The position numbers and the translations under genes are program-made. Below, one piece after another: positions 56,877 to 64,000 of a stretch of DNA of 64,000 bases. Source of the DNA: Histomonas meleagridis 2922-C6/04-290x (taxonomy: Eukaryota; Protista; Parabasalia); the NCBI GenBank assembly GCA_020184695.1, contig JAANOX010000091.1:1-64000 (forward strand), written 5' to 3'. Numbering within the stretch: position 1 is the first letter of the stretch; each line of letters begins with the position of its first letter. The notes under the pieces were generated by a model. That model worked only from the letters and a program-made list of their open reading frames with translations. It was not told the origin of the DNA and ran no database searches.

Positions 56877-57374
56877 ATGAGTGATGAAATTAAAATTTCA
56901 ATAGAATGGTTGCCAGGCGCTGTTCTCCCTGTGAGGACAAGCAGATTTGTCACAGTACGCCATCTAATCAACTTTTTACAATTTTCATGTTTTCCCGATG
57001 AAAAAATGTATTTATTCTATAATGATGAACTATTAGATCCTTCAAGAACCTTGCAAACGCAAGGAATTACAAATGGAGATGTAGTCAAATGTAAAATAAT
57101 CCAAGATAAAGAAATATATAATAAAATATTTTTTTCATATAATCAATCAGTTCAAAATGAAATAGCACGTATTGCTGATTTGATAGGAGATAAAGAAAGC
57201 GTTGAAAAAAATTTATCAAGTTCAAGTTCTTATTCATCATATTCTGATTGCGATCCATACCAATATATATCTAGTGATAATACTGATATGTCAACATCAA
57301 AAGATATACCATCAGATCCTCTACCAATAATTTGGGGGAACGATATGTTCGATCAAAATACAACATCTGGGTAA
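56877..57374 (+). CDS. ubiquitin-like domain protein with Ser-rich tail
   Basis: LFYNDELLDPSRTLQTQGITNGDVV. Confidence 0.7.
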   Translation: MSDEIKISIEWLPGAVLPVRTSRFVTVRHLINFLQFSCFPDEKMYLFYNDELLDPSRTLQTQGITNGDVVKCKIIQDKEIYNKIFFSYNQSVQNEIARIADLIGDKESVEKNLSSSSSYSSYSDCDPYQYISSDNTDMSTSKDIPSDPLPIIWGNDMFDQNTTSG

Positions 57375-58705
57375 TAACTGAAATAATTAATTTGGTGAAA
57401 CGTGTAATAATGTATATGTATCATATATATTGCGAAAAACTTCATATAGGGTAAATATAATTTTATGGAAAGTTTTGCTATATTGAGAACAACTTTATCT
57501 CAAAATTTGAATATGATTGGCAGTTTAATTGTTAATTGAATTTTGAATTTGATTTTCAATATGATCGGTTTATATTTGTGAGATATTGTCCGGAACCAAC
57601 GCTGACAGCAAAATCTTCATAGAAAAAATTGTGTGATTTTCAACACAACGCCCCAAAAAAAGAAGTTTTTGTCAATTTTAAATGCACGAAAAACAACCAA
57701 AAAACCTGACTCCAGAAAAATGGGTTATAAAATGTAAATCATTCAAATTTCGAAGTTCACATAGGAACACCTTTTTTTAATTGGCGATAATAATTTACTC
57801 CCATAACATAATCATCAACAGCTCTAATGAATAAGTGTTAATAAAAAAATCATAGTACATAATGCATCATAATTAATTCCAAAAAATCCTTAATGCAATA
57901 AAGATCAAATTATAGAACTTTATATGAATTCAATCAAAGCATCATCATCAATAAGAAAAGTTCATGAAAAAATATAAATATTATTGCATTTGATTTTAGA
58001 AAAATATTATTTCAACCTTTTATCTGCCTTCGAATGAAGCTAATTACGCTTTTACTCAAATAGATTTAAAATAATAATAAAATTCCCTTATAGAATATAT
58101 TTAATGTATTATTCAAATTTCCAAGTATTTTATAAGAAATTCTTCAAAAACAAATCAAAAATAAGCCAATAAAATATGAAAAAAAATTCACATTTCTATA
58201 CCTATATATAATATGAACATATCATAAATTTTCAACATAAAAAGACTTTTCATTCAGATGCAGATTTAATACAAATATTTGAGGCTCAAAATGGCAATAG
58301 GATCATATTGCAATATGATGTAATACATACAAACATCCTATCGTTTTTTTTTTTTTTTTCATTTTCAGAAAAAAGTGGCTATTGCTAAAATAAGTTATCA
58401 TGGAAAATGCATTCATAAAATCAAATCAGACAGCGTTTTAGCTGATTTGTATCTTTCTGGAGCTCTTTCAGATTTTTGGAAGCTACAAATTCAAACAGGA
58501 GTTAATTCATCTTATTGCATTTGTCTTAATTGTTATCATCAATTTGCAAATACACAAAAAGAGTGTTCAAGAACAGAATTAGAATACTTCACACTTTCTT
58601 TATGACTTTGTTTATCCTTTTAACATTTTATGTTTTGAATGTAAAAAACGTTTTGAATGTCCCAAAAAGTTCATAGAGCTCTATTCAAAAAGTGAAATAA
58701 GAATT

Positions 58706-59461
58706 TTACTTAGTTTCTTCGGTTTTGGCTTCTTCCTCGACTGGGCGAGCGACTTCAGCAGCCTTTGTGACTGCGCGTCCTTGATGGAGCTTCTTAAGCT
58801 CTTCGCTGCTGAATGTTGGTGCTTTAATAACCTTAATCTTTGTAACATATACGTTATCAACCTGCATGATGGTCTTGCATTTCTCAACAATTGCTTTTTC
58901 AATGGTTTCGTTGACAATTGTGTTGCACAATTCTGGAATTGTTGACTTTCCAATTGTCTCTTTCATGATGGCAATACATGCGTCTCTGATTTCACGCTTC
59001 TTGGATTGTTGTGCATAGCATGCTTTTTTGTTAGGGTTTAACTTCTTGGTGAAGCCAATGCTGAAAGCGCGAAGAATGTATCCATCAGCTGTACGAACAT
59101 CAACTTGAGCATTGATGAGTGTACGATACTTACGGAGGAGGGAAGAGAGCTTATCGTTTGTGAGTCTCATTCCAGCAAAAACTGTTAAAACATCATTGTT
59201 TTGAACATCAACTGATTTCCAGCTGAAGAGACGGTATGCATGTGATTGTTCATCAACAAGATCACCATGGGAAAGTTCGAAAACACGGTTGTTGAGGTAA
59301 TCGGCTGGTGTCTTACCACGAGCACATTTGTGTGAAACTGTGAATCCAATGTCACGTTTTGAAAAGAACCCTGGGACGAAAACGTGGCGCCATTCCTTTT
59401 TAAGGAAAGTATCTTGCTTGATCTTTTTTGAGGCCTTGCCCTTTTGCTGAGCCTTACCCAT
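58706..59461 (-). CDS. RPS3A: 40S ribosomal protein eS1 (S3a)
   Basis: DTFLKKEWRHVFVP...NRVFELSHGDL...AQVDVRTADGYILRAFSIGFTK...YAQQSK. Confidence 0.97.
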   Translation of the reverse strand: MGKAQQKGKASKKIKQDTFLKKEWRHVFVPGFFSKRDIGFTVSHKCARGKTPADYLNNRVFELSHGDLVDEQSHAYRLFSWKSVDVQNNDVLTVFAGMRLTNDKLSSLLRKYRTLINAQVDVRTADGYILRAFSIGFTKKLNPNKKACYAQQSKKREIRDACIAIMKETIGKSTIPELCNTIVNETIEKAIVEKCKTIMQVDNVYVTKIKVIKAPTFSSEELKKLHQGRAVTKAAEVARPVEEEAKTEETK

Positions 59462-59465
59462 TTTC

Positions 59466-59490
59466 CAAAAGGATGGACCACAACCGCTCT
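59466..59490 (-). promoter_or_regulatory. M3 (AGCGGTTG) + M5 (CCTTT) core promoter of RPS3A
   Basis: Minus strand reads AGAGCGGTTG-TGGTCCAT-CCTTTTGGAAAATG, matching the M3/M5 arrangement described for Trichomonas genes. Confidence 0.6.
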
Positions 59491-59859
59491 ATCGTTAGTA
59501 TGAGTAAACATCGGAAAACTAAATGTGATAATTAACGGTCGACACCAATCAAGATCTTGATTGGAGCAACTATCCAAAAGTACACATCAAATTTTCTTCA
59601 TATGTATAAAACCCCTTGAAAAGAAACACTGAAATCACCATTTTTTAATCAAATAAAAAATAAAAAAAAAATTTAATTCAAAATATATAGGAATAGGAAT
59701 ATCTCGAAAATCATTCATTAAATTAATGTCAAACATGAATAATTAATACAACTTATATTTTAAACAGAAATAATTATTTTTTAATGAAATTAACTTTGAA
59801 ATCTCGAGATTCTATTGGTTTATTTTGTTCAATTTTATTGTCAAATATATAACTAAAAA

Positions 59860-60170
59860 TATCATTTCGATGAAATTCAATCGCTGTTTCAAGTGTATCT
59901 TTAAATGATTAATTATTTTGTTCGCATAAATGAACTATTTCAAGATTTCCATCTGCAATTGCATATTTACCTGTTTTATCTAATTTTGCTCCATTCATAA
60001 AGTGATGGTTTAATTATTTAATCAAAATTAAAATTGTTTTTAAAGTTTTTCTATTTCATCATTTCGAATTATTTTCTCAATTTCATTTGGATTAACTCTT
60101 TCTTTGACGTATTGCTTATGAAGTTCCCAATCATTCTTTGAAAGTTTATCATAATTACCATAGAATTATT
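59860..60170 (-). pseudogene. decayed DUF3447-ankyrin fragment
   Basis: NYDKLSKNDWELHKQ...GKYAIADGNLEIVHLCEQ...AIEFHRND, with stops and an internal deletion. Confidence 0.75.
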
Positions 60171-60551
60171 TTGTTATTGTTCATTGTTACTTAAAGGCGT
60201 CATTAAATATTGTTGGAATCGATGAATCGCAGAATAACAAATTGATATACAATGATAATCAATAAATCCAATATTTTTCATTGTTATTTTGTCCGAACAT
60301 AAATTCATTAAATGAATGTTTCTCACTCGAAAGTATTCGAATATGTATCCTTTGATGTACGTAATGTTTATTTACGTTCTTCATATTCATTTCATATAAA
60401 GAAACAGATTAATGATTCAAACCATTTTCCTGATTCGAATAATAATCGTCCTAATTTCGGATATATAATAATATAGACAGATGAATAAAGTCTAATGCCT
60501 TCATTACATTTACCTAAGTATACACGCGCTTTAGAAAATGCTTCGATGTCA

Positions 60552-62078
60552 TTACTCTTCTTTAATATACGGATCGGCTGCTTGAATACGATATTCATTA
60601 GGGAAATTATAATTAATAATGTTTTGCTCAATATGTTTTTCTTGAGCTAGTCGTAATACTGCATCCCATTGTTCATAATTCGCATATATTTTTAATGCTT
60701 CTTCATTAATTCCAACTTCTTCAAGTTCTTTTACCTTTTTTTCAAATTATTAAAACATATTTCAAATTATTTAAACAAATTATAAATTATTAAATAATAT
60801 TCCAAATTATACAAATGAATAGTTTTTGCATTAACATCAATTCCTTTATCTAAAAGTAATTTTACTATTTCTATATTTTTATTTCTAACTGCTATATGAA
60901 GTGCTGTTTCAAATTATTAAAACATATATAAAATTATTAAAACATATTATAAATTATTAAAACATATTCTAAATTATTAAAACATATTCTAAATTATTAA
61001 AACATATATAAAATTATTTAAACAAATTCTTGTTGCATTAACATCAATTCCTTTTTCTTCCAAAAATATTAAAATTTCATAATTATCTTTTTTAATGCAA
61101 AAACTTATCAAATCATTTGCACCTTCAGACATTTTCGGTATTGATTGTATTTTTTCTAATTTATTTGCATAAATATATTTAAAGATATCATTTTGATGAA
61201 ATTCTATTGCTGTTTCATATGCACCTTCAAATGATGAATGATTTTGTTCACACAAATGAATAATTTCTTCATTTCCGCCTACAACTGCGTATTTACCTGT
61301 ATTTTTTACATTTGAACCATTCATAAGTAAATATTTAAAACATTTAACTGATCCAAAAAATGCTGCATAATCAATTAATGTAACATTTTTATGATTAATA
61401 AATGAACAGCTTTCATAAATTGATGGCTGAATTTTTTGGTTAAAATCAAAATTTGTTTGTGATGATATTTCTTGAAGTTTTTCTAATTCATCATTTCGAA
61501 TTATTTTTGATATTTCATTCGGATTAATTCCTTCTTTAATTAGTTTCTTATGAAGTTCCCAATCATTCTTTGAAAGTTCTTCATAATTTTTTTTAAATAT
61601 ATTCAATAGAGTCATAATTTCCTAATTCGTTAATTGTTTCATTTTGCATGTATTGTATAAAATATCCTATAGAATCATTTGAATGTTCGATATTTTTAAT
61701 GATTTTTTTATCAAGTAAATTATCTTCAATCATTTTTGTAAGAAGATAATATGATTCTTGTGTATTTTTACAAACAAGAAAATGTCCATATATATCAAAA
61801 ATGTCAATATCTTTATGAATGTTCATTTCTAGTTTTTTGATTTCTTTAAGAAAATCCAAATATAAATCAATATCTTTCATTCGTATGATAATAATTGCAT
61901 ATGTAATCCTAACTATAATTAAATTAAAAGAGAATGGATAAATATTATCAAATTTACTCATGATTGATTTTGAAGATTGAATAATATTTTCTTTATTTAA
62001 ATTGAATATTAAATTCTTAATATATAAGAATGTTTCCAATTCGTTTTCATGAATTTCGCTTTTTGCTTGAGATTCCAT
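60552..62078 (-). CDS. DUF3447-ankyrin gene (1-nt frameshift at ~61600) with two 17-nt element clusters and a non-ankyrin C-terminal tail
   Basis: ORFs 61593-62078 and 60989-61615 join by one indel. Clusters at 60908-61027 (6x20) and 60741-60820 (4x20). In-frame tail runs to a stop at 60552. Confidence 0.7.
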
Positions 62079-62410
62079 TTAAAATGCCACTAATGTATAA
62101 TGTATAGTTTACACAATCGTTTTTATCTCACATTATTAAGAAACTTTTGAAATTCTTCTGACTTTTCTCGATAAGAAATATCAGATTTATAAATCTTTTA
62201 TCCACATGTGAGTGTTATCAATTTAATTACTTATGTTGCATAAATTGAACATTTAATTTTGTAATCAGGCGATTATTACTTCTGATTTGATTTTGAATTC
62301 AGCAGTTGACGAGAAATATCAACAAAAATATTTCCAAAAGCAGATCAAAACAAAATTGTATTTCATAATAAAATTTATTTATAAAATCAAACATTTCAAT
62401 AACATTAATA

Positions 62411-63991
62411 CTATTCGAATTCATCCCATCTAAAGATTTCATGACAAACACTTTCGTCACTGCATCTTTTTACGAACTCTTTTTCACATCCAATTAAAGA
62501 CATAATTCCATTTGCGAACTTACTCCATAATTTACTTTGGTTTTCCAGCACCAAAAATCTCGAGAAGTTATTGTTGAAAACTATTTTATGATTTAAGAAC
62601 AAAAATGTTGGTAAAACATCTTCGCAATTTGCAAACAACAATGTTGTACGAAATATAAAATTCGAAATTTCTCCTTTCGTATTACTTTTCATTTTATTTT
62701 TAACATGATCTGTTATAACTTTTAATTTCTTTTGGAAGAGAATAATTAATTTTAATCTTTTCCCAAATCCATAACTTCTAAGAGTCGAAAATGTTTGACT
62801 TACAATTGCTAAATATTTCATTTTAATACATTCTTCATATTTCTTTCTTTCTTTTATCCATATGTTTTCTTTCCAACAATTTAAAATGTTCTTAAATTTG
62901 TTTTTAATTTCATCAAATTTTAAACCTTTTCGAAATTCGACAATATCCAAAACATTACAAAACAAATCAAATAATGAATCATTCGGAATCTTTATGTCAT
63001 TAACAATCGAATCAATTACTGTTGAAATTTTGATTCTCAAATTGTTTTCGAGATTATCTTTGATGAATTTCCGTGAAAATGTATGGAAAAGTGTTCGCAA
63101 ACCAATTTCTAACGCTTGATTCATATTCCGTAATTTGAAATATTCTTCTTGCGCTATAATTGCTTGTTCAACATTCAAAAAATTTGTTTTATATTTCTCT
63201 AAAAGTTTATTTAATAGGTAAACATAAAGTTTTTGATTTGTTTTATATTTATTTATCATGTTTAAGATATTAATCGAATTGTTTTTACATGAAATTTGTT
63301 TCCATAGTCGTGAATAATCATCGCTTTCATTTATTTGGTCAATATGTGGATATTTTAACCCAAATAATTCAGAGCATGTTGAATTAAATTCATTATCTTT
63401 ACTAAGCTTTGGGAAAAATGGAATTAAATAAGGTTGAAATGAATATGTAAATTGAAGCTTTTTCTTTTTATCATAATAGTTGTTAAAATCACTAGATCGT
63501 GACATTATTTCAGTGAACTGAAATATACTGTATTCACTCATAAGTAATGTTATATCATTTCTATGAGATACACGTTCAGGATATAATTCATTTCGATTAT
63601 TATTATTATTATTTTGAGGTGAGTTCAAAAATAATTCAACAAATGAAATAACATCATTTTTATATTCGTTATTTACATTTTGTAAAAATTTAATGTAAAG
63701 ATCATTGAAATCATTTGACGGGAAAAGTGTCAACGAATCCTTTTGTAAAATAAACGGTTCCAACAGAATTTGATTTACAAAATTGTCATAAAATTCCGGT
63801 TCTACAGCAAAAACATCGTAAAAACTAATAAAGGCTTTAAGGTGGTTCTCAGATAAATCAAAAAGTGCAGTTTGTATTGATTTATATGTCATGTTGATAA
63901 AGGATTGATATGGAATTTCATTTGTTCGGATTATGGCAAAAGATAAAATACGCGTAGATAAAAAATTCCATAAACTACTATAAAATGACAT
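62411..63991 (-). CDS. hypothetical protein, possible C-terminal VPS9-like helical domain
   Basis: 526-aa ORF. The domain call is weak. Confidence 0.55.
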   Translation of the reverse strand: MSFYSSLWNFLSTRILSFAIIRTNEIPYQSFINMTYKSIQTALFDLSENHLKAFISFYDVFAVEPEFYDNFVNQILLEPFILQKDSLTLFPSNDFNDLYIKFLQNVNNEYKNDVISFVELFLNSPQNNNNNNRNELYPERVSHRNDITLLMSEYSIFQFTEIMSRSSDFNNYYDKKKKLQFTYSFQPYLIPFFPKLSKDNEFNSTCSELFGLKYPHIDQINESDDYSRLWKQISCKNNSINILNMINKYKTNQKLYVYLLNKLLEKYKTNFLNVEQAIIAQEEYFKLRNMNQALEIGLRTLFHTFSRKFIKDNLENNLRIKISTVIDSIVNDIKIPNDSLFDLFCNVLDIVEFRKGLKFDEIKNKFKNILNCWKENIWIKERKKYEECIKMKYLAIVSQTFSTLRSYGFGKRLKLIILFQKKLKVITDHVKNKMKSNTKGEISNFIFRTTLLFANCEDVLPTFLFLNHKIVFNNNFSRFLVLENQSKLWSKFANGIMSLIGCEKEFVKRCSDESVCHEIFRWDEFE

Positions 63992-64000
63992 AGCGGAATT

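Noticed and set aside
61590-61620. Frameshifts in DUF3447 regions (also ~37050) as further 17-nt elements
   Set aside because: They need removal of 3n+1 nt, and paralogue alignment at ~61600 leaves no room for a long deletion. They are simple indels or errors.
257-63119. Numerous short ORFs antisense to or nested in real genes (e.g. 7643-7966, 20254-20502, 59185-59577) and short ORFs such as 23677-23883 and 37791-38027
   Set aside because: The first group are shadow ORFs with no motifs. The second group are artefacts of reading through 17-nt element clusters (NNIWKLF... / KDIYLF...).

Overview
AT-rich, gene-dense eukaryotic DNA, most likely from a parabasalid (Trichomonas/Tritrichomonas-like). 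This is inferred from intron-free housekeeping genes, DUF3447-ankyrin and BspA-LRR families, a lone R2R3 Myb, M3/M5-like core-promoter motifs and stop codons embedded in TAAA. Ordinary genes include CFAP70, NUP188, a PIAS/Siz SUMO ligase, RPB10, PC4/SUB1, GET4, DTD1, thioredoxin, eS31, eS1, VPS8, an ER Hsp70-like protein and a Furry/Tao3-like protein. ALG1 and a Porin_3-like gene lie in a ~3-kb inverted duplication. The main finding concerns five DUF3447-ankyrin loci (plus a remnant in the duplication), whose repeats look broken by 46-120-nt AT-rich spacers. Each spacer resolves into ~17-nt AT-rich, non-GT-AG elements alternating with single codons. Removing the ~110 elements restores textbook ankyrin hairpins (KD-KDGN-TAL, KD-NDGR-TAL, KD-KYGR-TGL, KN-NYGK-TAL) and rebuilds two essentially complete genes. 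This points to an unrecognised excision or recoding system acting on 3-nt micro-exons. The mechanism (RNA splicing, editing, DNA excision or translational skipping) cannot be determined from sequence alone.
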